DNA of 32,000 nt from an uncultured Erysipelotrichaceae bacterium (lineage in GTDB: Bacteria; Bacillota_I; Bacilli_A; Erysipelotrichales; Erysipelotrichaceae), in contig CAYNZZ010000001.1 in the NCBI GenBank assembly GCA_964401865.1, forward strand, positions 60,001 to 92,000. The letters run 5' to 3'. The notes beneath the pieces are model-generated. The model saw only the letters and a program-made list of their open reading frames with translations, was not told the origin of the DNA and did not search any database. The position numbers were made by a program, and so were the translations under genes. How positions within the stretch are numbered: position 1 is the stretch's first letter; the number at the start of each line of letters is the position of its first letter. Positions 10,576 through 19,353 of this stretch are shown here, one piece after another.

Positions 10576-11581
10576 CGAAGAGTTGACAGTTGAAAAAGTT
10601 GTTAGCGATTTTAAGGCGGCTTTACCTAAGGCGGATATTTATGTATATGACAATAATTCGACTGATGATACTTATGAATTAGCAATTAAAGCTGGAGCAA
10701 TTGTTAAAAAAGAAAAAAACCAAGGCAAAGGCAATGTTGTGCGCTCAATGTTTAGAGATATTGATGCTGATATATATGTTATGGTTGATGGAGATGATAC
10801 TTATCCGGCTGATGAAGTCGATAAACTTATTGATGCTGTAAGAAATGGCGCTGATATGGTAATTGGTGATCGTTTAAGTAATGGAACATACGCTCAAGAA
10901 AATAAGAGAGGATTTCATAACCTCGGAAATAATTTAGTCAGATGGTTAATTAATTTTATTTTTAAAAATAATATTAATGACATAATGACCGGATATCGTG
11001 CATTTTCGAAGAAATTTGTGAAAACTAATGCGATAATGTCTCCTGGCTTTCAAATCGAAACAGAATTGACCATTACTACGCTGGTTTATCGATATCAAGT
11101 TGCTGAAGTACCTATCACTTATCGCGACAGACCCAAGGGAAGCGAATCTAAATTAAATACATTTGAAGATGGATTCAAAGTACTTTTAACATTATTTGAT
11201 TTGTTTAAAGATTACCGTCCTCTATTCTTTTTTGGACTCATATCACTTATTTCTTTCATACTCGGTTTAATAGTTGGCATTCCGGTATTGGTTGAATTTT
11301 TTGTGACTAGTTATATTACAAAAGTGCCAAGTGCTATTTTAGCAGCATCATTAATGATTGTTACTGTGCTATTGATAATGTTAGGAATGATACTCGATCA
11401 TAGCACCAACGAAGAAAAGAGAAATCACGAAATTATAGTTAATAATTGGTTAAGTGTTGAAAAAATACAAAATGTTCAAAAGGATAAACAAAATAAAAAG
11501 GTAACATCAAAAAGAAGAGAGAAAAAGGAGCCATCAACAATCAATGAGGATAGGAAGAATGCACAATACCGCAAAGTATAA
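10541..11581 (+). CDS. GtrB/CsbB/DPM1-like GT2: polyprenyl-phosphate sugar synthase with two C-terminal TM helices
   Basis: Motifs IAVLIPCYNEE, YVYDNNSTDDT, MVDGDDTYP, DMVIGDRL and TGYRAFS. Two TM helices follow (LFFFGLISLISFILGLIVGIPVLV and AILAASLMIVTVLLIMLGMIL), then a Lys/Arg-rich tail. ATG 10541 is preferred over TTG 10520 and overlaps the upstream gene by 35 nt. Confidence 0.75.
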   Translation: MEKIAVLIPCYNEELTVEKVVSDFKAALPKADIYVYDNNSTDDTYELAIKAGAIVKKEKNQGKGNVVRSMFRDIDADIYVMVDGDDTYPADEVDKLIDAVRNGADMVIGDRLSNGTYAQENKRGFHNLGNNLVRWLINFIFKNNINDIMTGYRAFSKKFVKTNAIMSPGFQIETELTITTLVYRYQVAEVPITYRDRPKGSESKLNTFEDGFKVLLTLFDLFKDYRPLFFFGLISLISFILGLIVGIPVLVEFFVTSYITKVPSAILAASLMIVTVLLIMLGMILDHSTNEEKRNHEIIVNNWLSVEKIQNVQKDKQNKKVTSKRREKKEPSTINEDRKNAQYRKV

Positions 11582-11654
11582 TAAATTAAGTGATATATAT
11601 TATAATAAAAATAAAGAAATTAAATTATAATGAATGAAAAGGAAGTGTAATAAA

Positions 11655-12794
11655 ATGATTAAATTTAATATTCCGCCTAGAACGGGCGACGAAATAAAAT
11701 ATATTGAAGATGCAATAAATAGCGAAAAGATTTGTGGTGATGGCAAATATACCAAAATGTGCCAAGAAATCTTGGAGAAACATTTCAATTCAAAAAAAGT
11801 ATATCTGACTACAAGCGGAACTACGGCTTTAGAAATGGCGTGTATGCTCATTGGTTTAAAACCTGGCGATGAAGTTATTTTGCCTTCATTTACTTTTTCA
11901 AGTAGCGCGACATCTATTGTCTTATTTGGTGCTACACCAGTATTTGTTGACATCAGACCAGATACTATGAATATCGATGAAACTAAGATTGAAACTGCAA
12001 TTACTGACAAAACCAAAGCTATTATGGTTGTTCATTATGCTGGTGTTGGATGCAATATGGAAGCAATTATGGATATTGCTAAAAAACATAATTTGAAAGT
12101 AATTGAAGATGCTGCTCAAGTAGTTAATGCGATATATCATGGCCAACATTTAGGAACGTTTGGTGATGTTGGATGTTTTTCATTTCATGAAACTAAGAAT
12201 TATTCCATGGGCGAAGGTGGTGCAGTATCAATTAATCGTGATGAATTGATTGAAAGAGCGGCAATCATTAGAGAAAAAGGCACTAATCGTACACAATTCA
12301 TCAATGGACAAGTAGATAAATATACATGGGTTGATAAGGGGTCTTCTTATCTTCCTAGCGATATGTTGGCAGCATATTTATATCCACAATTATTAATTAT
12401 GGACGAAATGCGTGATGATAGAGTATCGTCTTTTGATCATTATTATGCAAGACTTGAAAGACTTAAAAATGATGGATATATAGATTTGCCAACAATTCCA
12501 GAAAACTGTGTTCACAATGGGCATATGTTTTATATTAAGTGTAAAGATTTAAAAGAAAGAGAATCTTTGCAACAATTTTTGAGAAAGTATGAAATTGGTT
12601 CGGCTTTTCACTACATTCCACTACACTCTTGTAAGGCTGGTTTGGAGTTTGGAAGATTTGTTGGCGAGGATAAATTTACCACCAAAGAAAGTCAAAGACT
12701 TCTAAGGCTTCCGATGTATTATCGAATTGCAAAAGAAGACATTGATAAAGTATGTGATACAATTTATAAGTTTTATAAGGAGATTAAGAAATGA
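11655..12794 (+). CDS. wecE: DegT/DnrJ/EryC1-family PLP aminotransferase, WecE-like (dTDP-4-amino-4,6-dideoxygalactose transaminase)
   Basis: Colinear by eye with E. coli WecE along its whole length. Shared blocks: [58 protein letters not shown] (PLP lysine), [47 protein letters not shown]. Start is ATG 11655 with AAAGGAAG upstream; the ORF-track ATG 11634 would add 7 unconserved residues. Confidence 0.85.
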   Translation: MIKFNIPPRTGDEIKYIEDAINSEKICGDGKYTKMCQEILEKHFNSKKVYLTTSGTTALEMACMLIGLKPGDEVILPSFTFSSSATSIVLFGATPVFVDIRPDTMNIDETKIETAITDKTKAIMVVHYAGVGCNMEAIMDIAKKHNLKVIEDAAQVVNAIYHGQHLGTFGDVGCFSFHETKNYSMGEGGAVSINRDELIERAAIIREKGTNRTQFINGQVDKYTWVDKGSSYLPSDMLAAYLYPQLLIMDEMRDDRVSSFDHYYARLERLKNDGYIDLPTIPENCVHNGHMFYIKCKDLKERESLQQFLRKYEIGSAFHYIPLHSCKAGLEFGRFVGEDKFTTKESQRLLRLPMYYRIAKEDIDKVCDTIYKFYKEIKK

Positions 12795-13957
12795 GAATTA
12801 CTGTAGCAGGAACTGGGTATGTTGGCTTATCTTTAGCTGTACTATTAGCTCAAAGACATGAAGTGATAGCTTTGGATATCATCCCTGAAAAAGTTGATAA
12901 GATTAATAACAGAATTTCGCCCATTGTCGACGAGGAAATAAGTAGTTTTTTCAAAGAAAAGAATTTAAATTTGAAAGCCACTTTAGATAAAAAAGAAGCA
13001 TATAGTAGCTCGGATTTAATCATCATCGCAACACCTACCAATTATGATGAAGTAAAAAACTTTTTTGATACAAGTAGCGTAGAAGAAGCGATTGAAAGAG
13101 TGTTAGAATATAATCCTGATGCGATAGTGGTAATTAAATCTACTGTTCCAGTAGGATATACTAACGAGATAAAAGAAAGATATCATTTGGATAATATTTT
13201 CTTTTCACCTGAATTTTTAAGAGAAGGAAGAGCGTTGTATGATAATCTACATCCTTCTAGGATTGTAGTAGGTACACATTCTAAAAACGGAGAAATATTT
13301 GCCAATTTACTTAAAGAAGCTTCTTTGGATGAAGACACCAAGGTGTTGTTTACCGAAAGTACTGAAGCCGAAGCAATTAAACTTTTCTCTAATACCTATC
13401 TAGCTTTGCGTGTTTCATATTTTAATGAATTAGATACATATGCTGAATTAAAGGGTTTAGATACTAAAGAAATAATTGAAGGAGTATGTTTAGATCCAAG
13501 AATTGGCGGTCATTACAATAATCCGTCTTTTGGTTATGGCGGATATTGTCTTCCTAAAGATACTAAACAACTATTGGCTAACTATGATGATGTGCCAAAT
13601 AATTTGATTAGGGCCATTGTTGATAGTAATAGAACGAGAAAAGATTATATCGCCGATCAGATTATTGCCAAAAAACCTAATGTGGTAGGTGTTTATCGTC
13701 TTACTATGAAGTCTGGAAGCGATAATTTTAGAGCATCAGCGATCCAAGGAGTTATGAAGAGAATCAAAGCTAAAGGCATTAAAGTTATTGTCTATGAACC
13801 AACATATCACGAAAAAGATTTCTTTAAGTCCGAAGTAATTACTGATCTTGAAGAATTTAAAAAACTTTCCGATATCATTATAACCAATCGTATGAATCAA
13901 GAATTGAGTGACGTTGAAAATAAAGTTTACACAAGAGACTTGTATAAGAGAGATTAA
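12791..13957 (+). CDS. ugd: UDP-glucose 6-dehydrogenase
   Basis: 388 aa, the same length class as E. coli Ugd. Motifs: N-terminal [24 protein letters not shown]...V...[17 protein letters not shown], and catalytic [14 protein letters not shown] overlap with wecE. Confidence 0.9.
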   Translation: MRITVAGTGYVGLSLAVLLAQRHEVIALDIIPEKVDKINNRISPIVDEEISSFFKEKNLNLKATLDKKEAYSSSDLIIIATPTNYDEVKNFFDTSSVEEAIERVLEYNPDAIVVIKSTVPVGYTNEIKERYHLDNIFFSPEFLREGRALYDNLHPSRIVVGTHSKNGEIFANLLKEASLDEDTKVLFTESTEAEAIKLFSNTYLALRVSYFNELDTYAELKGLDTKEIIEGVCLDPRIGGHYNNPSFGYGGYCLPKDTKQLLANYDDVPNNLIRAIVDSNRTRKDYIADQIIAKKPNVVGVYRLTMKSGSDNFRASAIQGVMKRIKAKGIKVIVYEPTYHEKDFFKSEVITDLEEFKKLSDIIITNRMNQELSDVENKVYTRDLYKRD

Positions 13958-13969
13958 GATAATTGAGCT

Positions 13970-15856
13970 ATGGATAAATTGTTTAATCAAATAAAATGTT
14001 ATTTTGATTTAATTATTTTCACTTTAGTTGTTTTGTTATGTGAATCAATTTTAAGATATTGTGTTGGATTTCCTTTAATTCAATTAAAAGCATTATTTAT
14101 AAATCTTTTAATTTTGTTGATGATAAATTCTATCTTATTTTTATTTAAAAGAAATTTAAGAATAGCCATCGAAAGCATATTGATAGTTATTATTTTTGTT
14201 TATTCATTTGCACAAAGCTACCACTATGCTTTTTTTGAAACCTTTTTCTCGTTTACTAAATTATCAATATTAAATGAATTAGATGGGGTAAAAAACGAAA
14301 TATTTGTTAAGTTTGAACCTAAATATTTATTATTTTTATTGGCGCTCGTTACATGGTTTATATTCTTATCGTTATTTAAAAAGAAGGTTGAGCTATGCGG
14401 TAATAAAAAGTATTTAAAGATTCAAATGTTGATTTCGTTGTCGTTGATAGTTATTTCTTTATTCATATATTCTTCAATTTTCAAAATCACAGAAACAAAT
14501 CAAGAGATACTTATCCAAAGTGAGGAGTATTTATACAAAACTATTTCTAACAAAAATCGTTTCATCAATCGTTTTGGAACACTATGTTACTTGTATAAGG
14601 ATAGCGAACTTGTTTTAACACAAAGCAAAACATCGTTAAGCAGCAATGATAGAATGGCGATTGAAAAATATATCGAAAATAATCAAATTGCAGAAAATGA
14701 ATACACTTCCATATTTGAAGGAAAGAACATTATTTTGGTTTTGGCAGAATCGTTCTCCCCTTTAGGATATAGTCAAGAATTAATGCCAACTATATCAATG
14801 ATGATTGAAGACGGTTTTTACTATGATAATTTTTATGCTCCTATATATCAATCATCAACTTGTGATTCTGAATTTATAGCTTTGACATCGATGATACCTT
14901 CCATTGATTATGGGACTACCTCTAAAGATTTTGCCCGCAACGATTATCCATATGCTATGGCTAATTTATTTAAATTAAAAGGTTATAATGCCAACTCTTA
15001 TCACTCTTTTATTAAATCTTTTTATAATCGAGAGCCTTATCACGAATCGTTAGGATTTTCACATTTTTATGACAGAGATGATTTGGGTTTATTTTTAGAA
15101 GATTATCATGAAGATTATATTAATTGGATTGATGATGGCGATTTATTTATAGAAATGTTGAAACACACAAATTTAGATGAGCCGTTCTTTAATTTTGTTA
15201 TCAGTTCAAGCGGTCATTTGCCATATATGGATTTAAGGGAAGAACTCTATGAAAATCATGATATGGTCATGAGTGTGATAAACAATATTGATACAGATAG
15301 TGCTTATTATTTTGCTTCACAGATGAAACTCGATCAAGGATTAAAAGAAATGATTGAATTGCTTGATGAAAGCAATTGTTTAAAAGATACGGTAATTGTA
15401 GTGTTCGGTGACCATTATCCATATGGTATATCTAACGAATTATCAGTTGATTACTTTTTTTCAAAATTTAATGAAGAAAATGAATTTCAAAAATATAAGG
15501 TTCCATTCTTGATTTACGATGGAAACAATTATTATGACTCACAAAAACAGGGAGTTACAATAGACAAGCTCGGATCGACTTTTGACATTTATCCAACAAT
15601 TGTAAATCTGTTTGGACTAAATGATTTAACAAACGATGCTTTTGTAGTTGGGAAAGATTTAAATTCTAATGATGAAAATTGTGTTATTTTTATGGATGGA
15701 AGCATATTAACTGATGATTATTATTTCGATGCTTCAATGCAAGAAATAAAAGAAATAAGCGAAAAACCAGCTAGCAATTTGAAATCAACCATCGTAAAAG
15801 TGAACGATATATTACGTTACAGTCAAATAATGCTGGTTACTAATTATTATCATTAA
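13970..15856 (+). CDS. LtaS-family (alkaline-phosphatase superfamily) membrane phosphotransferase, probable glycerol-phosphate transferase
   Basis: 628 aa with about 5 N-terminal TM segments and an extracytoplasmic sulfatase-like domain. The LtaS catalytic pattern is conserved: ILVLAESFSP (metal Glu), SSTCDSEF (nucleophile Thr), SSSGHLPY, VVFGDHYPYG. Confidence 0.8.
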   Translation: MDKLFNQIKCYFDLIIFTLVVLLCESILRYCVGFPLIQLKALFINLLILLMINSILFLFKRNLRIAIESILIVIIFVYSFAQSYHYAFFETFFSFTKLSILNELDGVKNEIFVKFEPKYLLFLLALVTWFIFLSLFKKKVELCGNKKYLKIQMLISLSLIVISLFIYSSIFKITETNQEILIQSEEYLYKTISNKNRFINRFGTLCYLYKDSELVLTQSKTSLSSNDRMAIEKYIENNQIAENEYTSIFEGKNIILVLAESFSPLGYSQELMPTISMMIEDGFYYDNFYAPIYQSSTCDSEFIALTSMIPSIDYGTTSKDFARNDYPYAMANLFKLKGYNANSYHSFIKSFYNREPYHESLGFSHFYDRDDLGLFLEDYHEDYINWIDDGDLFIEMLKHTNLDEPFFNFVISSSGHLPYMDLREELYENHDMVMSVINNIDTDSAYYFASQMKLDQGLKEMIELLDESNCLKDTVIVVFGDHYPYGISNELSVDYFFSKFNEENEFQKYKVPFLIYDGNNYYDSQKQGVTIDKLGSTFDIYPTIVNLFGLNDLTNDAFVVGKDLNSNDENCVIFMDGSILTDDYYFDASMQEIKEISEKPASNLKSTIVKVNDILRYSQIMLVTNYYH

Positions 15857-15876
15857 GAATAATGATAAATGAAAGG

Positions 15877-15913
15877 CAGATGCGCATGGCGAAATGCGGT
15901 CTGTTTTTTATTT
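15877..15913 (+). terminator. Rho-independent terminator after the LtaS-like gene
   Basis: GC-rich hairpin: CAGA-TG-CGCAT, loop GGCGAA, then ATGCG-G-TCTG (4+5 bp with a small internal loop). It is followed directly by TTTTTTATTT. It stands out in an AT-rich context, 21 nt after the stop codon. Confidence 0.6.
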
Positions 15914-15924
15914 CCTGTGAATAA

Positions 15925-15933
15925 TGATATAAT
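15925..15933 (+). promoter_or_regulatory. Candidate extended -10 promoter element (TGaTATAAT)
   Basis: TG at 15925-15926 and TATAAT at 15928-15933. No convincing -35. It lies 6 nt upstream of the GTG at 15940. AT-rich DNA yields many chance -10 matches. Confidence 0.35.
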
Positions 15934-15939
15934 GATTGT

Positions 15940-17442
15940 GTGAAAAAACTTAGTCAATACAAGCGGTATTTTTTTGTAATTGCAGCGCTGTTTATTGCGT
16001 TTTTATTTTCTTATATAACTTATAAAACTCCGTTAGCTGGTGATGATTGGGGATATGCCTTAAACGGCATGAATGGAAATCCTTTTGAACTTGCCATTGC
16101 TTTTTATAATTCATGGTCAGGCAGGTTCTTTAGCGAGCTTTGGGGTTTTATAGCTGCGCCGAATAGAATAATATGGAATATAGTGAATCCCATTATCTTT
16201 GTTGTAATATTTTTGGGTATCTATTACTTAGCACATGTTAAAAAGAAACATATCCTAATTCCGCTAGTGATATTGGCAATTATTTTATCTGTCGATGATA
16301 ATTTACGAATGGAAACATACACATGGTTGATGGGGACTACTTATACAATCCCTTTGGCTTTAAGTTTTGTATATTTCTTTTTAATTGACAATATAATGTA
16401 TCATACGATAACTGTTAAAAAATGGTATTTGGTTGCAGCCATCTTGAGCAATGTAATTCTTTTTTATATCGGTTTAACGATGGAAAATATTGCAGCAGTA
16501 ATGATTTTGGCAGTGATAATAGAATTGGTATATTCTTATTTTAATGCCAGAGATTTTGTAAAATATTTATGGATTAATTTATTCAGTGCCACAATTCCGT
16601 TTTTAATTATGCGCATGTCTCCTGGAAGCAACGCAAGGTTATTAAGAGATAGTGCAGAATGGGCGAAACTGAATATCTTTGAAAAGTTAATAAATGGTTA
16701 TCCTGATTTTATTGATTTTACTTTTTTAAAGAACAATTATTTAATTTTATTTATGTCGCTTGCCATGATTTTATTGGTGCATTTTTCTAAAAAGAAAGTT
16801 TCGGTGCCAGTGAAATTGGTTAGTACGTTCATTCAGTTTTTAGGAGTTATAACTGTATTCTCTTTTGCGTTTATTGATGGAGAGGTAAACAGACTTCTTG
16901 ATCCTAACGGCATTTTTAATATGATATTTTGGCCTATATATGTCATGGATATTTTGATGCTGCTATATGTTTGTTTGGATGGAAAAAGAAGAGACACTGC
17001 TATTTTTTATTTTGTAATTGGTGGCAGTGCTAATATTGTAATGATGTATTCGCCAATATTTGGTTCGAGAAGCTCAATATATACTGTTATATATATGATT
17101 GTGGTCATCTGTTTGGCATTAGAGGATATAAAAGCCCCAAATTATGTACTAGTTTTTGTTACTCTCTTGTCGATTTTTGTCATTGGAGATAGATTTATTG
17201 AATACACATATAAATATAAGCTTGTAGCTTTAAGGCAGAATGAAAGATTGGAAATAATAAAGTATTATAGGGAACATCCGGAGGTTGAAGAGGTGTGGAT
17301 ACCTAGATTTCCAGTATATACAATACATGGTGGCGATATAGAAGAAGGAGATACTTATCACTTTGAAACATTTAAAGAATTCTATAATTTGCCACAAAGC
17401 GCAGATAAAATAATATTTTACTTTATGGAGGATGAGCAATGA
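15940..17442 (+). CDS. Polytopic membrane protein of unknown function with a DD first-loop motif (GT-C-like candidate); paralogue of 19328-20884
   Basis: 500 aa. GTG is the only possible start, because an in-frame TGA lies at 15925. No [13 protein letters not shown] follows TM1, then WSGRFF. More than 10 TM segments, then a hydrophilic C-terminus ending ...[10 protein letters not shown]. Confidence 0.6.
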   Translation: MKKLSQYKRYFFVIAALFIAFLFSYITYKTPLAGDDWGYALNGMNGNPFELAIAFYNSWSGRFFSELWGFIAAPNRIIWNIVNPIIFVVIFLGIYYLAHVKKKHILIPLVILAIILSVDDNLRMETYTWLMGTTYTIPLALSFVYFFLIDNIMYHTITVKKWYLVAAILSNVILFYIGLTMENIAAVMILAVIIELVYSYFNARDFVKYLWINLFSATIPFLIMRMSPGSNARLLRDSAEWAKLNIFEKLINGYPDFIDFTFLKNNYLILFMSLAMILLVHFSKKKVSVPVKLVSTFIQFLGVITVFSFAFIDGEVNRLLDPNGIFNMIFWPIYVMDILMLLYVCLDGKRRDTAIFYFVIGGSANIVMMYSPIFGSRSSIYTVIYMIVVICLALEDIKAPNYVLVFVTLLSIFVIGDRFIEYTYKYKLVALRQNERLEIIKYYREHPEVEEVWIPRFPVYTIHGGDIEEGDTYHFETFKEFYNLPQSADKIIFYFMEDEQ

Positions 17443-18326
17443 CAAAAGGAATAATACTTGCAGGAGGTAGTGGAACAAGACTATATCCAATGACTAAATC
17501 GGTATCAAAACAACTTTTACCAATATACGATAAACCAATGATTTATTATCCATTATCGACATTGATGTTGGCAAAGATTCAAGAGATTTTGATTATTTCT
17601 ACTCCGGAAGACACGCCCAAATTTGAAAAATTACTTGGTGATGGTTCTCAATTTGGAATAAAGTTATCTTATAAAGTACAGGAAAAGCCCAATGGTTTAG
17701 CTCAAGCCTTTGTTTTGGGTGAAGAATTTATTGGTGACGATGATGTTTGCTTAGTATTGGGGGATAATATTTTTTACGGCAACGGTTTTACTAAATTGTT
17801 GTTGAAAGCTAAGGAAAACAAAAATCGCGCAACTATCTTTGGGCAATATGTTAAAGATCCTGAAAGATATGGTGTGATTGAATTTGATGAGTCGGGCAAA
17901 GTATTATCATTAGAAGAAAAACCAACTAATCCAAAGAGTAATTATGCTGCGGTTGGACTATATTTTTATGATAATAGAGTAGTTGAATATGCCAAGACAA
18001 TTAAACCATCAAAGCGTGGTGAATATGAAATTACTGATTTGAATAAGTGTTATTTAGAAAAAGGTGAATTAGATTGCGAGATATTCGGTCGAGGTTTTGC
18101 GTGGCTGGATACAGGAACGACTAAGTCATTAAATGATGCATCTAATTTTGTAAGGACAGTAGAAGAAATATTAGGAATTAAAATATCGATTCCTGAAGAA
18201 ATAGCTTATAACAATGGTTGGATAACAAAAAAGAACCTTTTAGATAGCGCTGAAGCATATGCCAAAACATCTTATGGTGAGCATTTATTAAAGGTTGCAA
18301 ATAAAGGGTATTTCTCAAAGATATAG
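17439..18326 (+). CDS. rmlA: Glucose-1-phosphate thymidylyltransferase
   Basis: Motifs [58 protein letters not shown], and EYEITD..., all canonical RmlA. SD GGAGGA upstream; ATGA overlap with the preceding gene. Confidence 0.95.
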   Translation: MTKGIILAGGSGTRLYPMTKSVSKQLLPIYDKPMIYYPLSTLMLAKIQEILIISTPEDTPKFEKLLGDGSQFGIKLSYKVQEKPNGLAQAFVLGEEFIGDDDVCLVLGDNIFYGNGFTKLLLKAKENKNRATIFGQYVKDPERYGVIEFDESGKVLSLEEKPTNPKSNYAAVGLYFYDNRVVEYAKTIKPSKRGEYEITDLNKCYLEKGELDCEIFGRGFAWLDTGTTKSLNDASNFVRTVEEILGIKISIPEEIAYNNGWITKKNLLDSAEAYAKTSYGEHLLKVANKGYFSKI

Positions 18327-18336
18327 GAGGTAGAAA

Positions 18337-19353
18337 ATGAAGATATTAGTAACAGGAGCGGCTGGTTTTATTGGTAGCAATTTCGTTTATTACTTGTTGG
18401 ATAATCACGATGACGAAGTATATGCTTTAGATTTGTTGACATATGCAGGTAATTTAAAGAATTTGGATTTGTGTAAAGATAATCCATTATTTCATTTTGT
18501 GAAGATGGATATTTGTGACCGAGAAGCGATTAATGAATTATTTGAAAAAGAAAAATTTGATGTTGTCGTAAATTTTGCGGCAGAAAGCCATGTTGATAGA
18601 TCGATAGAGAATCCAGAGATTTTCTTAAAAACAAATATTTTAGGTACACAAACATTAATGGACGCTTCCTTGAAACATGGTGTCAAAAGATATCATCAAG
18701 TATCAACCGATGAAGTATATGGTGATTTGCCATTAGATAGACCTGATTTATTTTTTAACGAGCAAACTCCACTTCATACCTCAAGCCCATATAGTGCGTC
18801 AAAGGCTTCTGCTGACTTGCTAGTTATGGCGTATCATAGAACATTTAATTTAAATGCGACTATTTCACGTTGCTCTAACAATTATGGTCCATATCAATTT
18901 CCGGAGAAATTAATCCCATTGATGATACATAATGCTCAGAATGATATTCCTTTGCCTGTATATGGTGAAGGATTAAATGTCAGGGATTGGCTTCATGTTT
19001 ATGACCATTGCAGTGCAATTGATTTAGTGATTAGAAATGGCAGAAATGGTGAAGTATATAATATTGGCGGGCATAATGAAAGAGCTAATATTGAGGTGGT
19101 AAAAACTGTTTTAAATGTTTTAAATAAGCCGGAGTCATTAATTAAGTATGTAACCGATCGAAAAGGTCATGATTTGCGATATGCTATCGATCCTAGCAAA
19201 ATTACAAATGAACTAGGATGGAAACCTAAATATACTTTTGATACTGGTATAAAAGAAACGATCGAGTGGTACTTGAATCATCAAGAATGGTTAGATTCAA
19301 TAACTAACGGAGACTATATAGAATATTATGAAAAGATGTATGGCAACAGGTAA
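18337..19353 (+). CDS. rmlB: dTDP-glucose 4,6-dehydratase
   Basis: Motifs MKILVTGAAGFIGSNF, NFAAESHVDRSI, QVSTDEVYGDL, SPYSASKASADLLV and RCSNNYGPYQFPEKLIP. SD AGGAGG upstream. Confidence 0.95.
   Translation: MKILVTGAAGFIGSNFVYYLLDNHDDEVYALDLLTYAGNLKNLDLCKDNPLFHFVKMDICDREAINELFEKEKFDVVVNFAAESHVDRSIENPEIFLKTNILGTQTLMDASLKHGVKRYHQVSTDEVYGDLPLDRPDLFFNEQTPLHTSSPYSASKASADLLVMAYHRTFNLNATISRCSNNYGPYQFPEKLIPLMIHNAQNDIPLPVYGEGLNVRDWLHVYDHCSAIDLVIRNGRNGEVYNIGGHNERANIEVVKTVLNVLNKPESLIKYVTDRKGHDLRYAIDPSKITNELGWKPKYTFDTGIKETIEWYLNHQEWLDSITNGDYIEYYEKMYGNR

Noticed and set aside
4226-11654. Upstream alternative starts used by the ORF track (TTG 4226, TTG 10520, ATG 11634)
   Set aside because: In each case a downstream ATG (4247, 10541, 11655) has a better-placed purine-rich SD and begins exactly where family conservation starts. 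The extensions add unconserved residues.
11582-11654. TATAAT hexamers at 11601-11606 and 11626-11631 as an internal promoter before the aminotransferase gene
   Set aside because: The gap is almost pure A/T, so -10-like hexamers are expected by chance. There is no credible -35, TG extension or upstream terminator. It cannot be distinguished from read-through without transcript data.
11600-12016. 138-aa minus-strand ORF antisense to the 5' part of the aminotransferase gene
   Set aside because: The plus-strand frame is colinear with WecE across its length. The antisense product is a low-complexity hydrophobic string typical of reverse-frame translation of AT-rich coding DNA, and it has no SD.
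7050-15470. Homopolymer runs (A7 near 7055 and 8861, T7 near 8905 and 15455) as phase-variation tracts
   Set aside because: Runs of 7 are expected by chance at this AT content and are shorter than tracts that typically slip at useful rates. None sits at a position suggestive of an on/off switch.
17439-19353. Calling the rmlA-rmlB pair a dTDP-L-rhamnose pathway
   Set aside because: No rmlC (3,5-epimerase) or rmlD (4-reductase) ORF is present in the window. The WecE-like aminotransferase is the only visible consumer of the 4-keto-6-deoxy intermediate.
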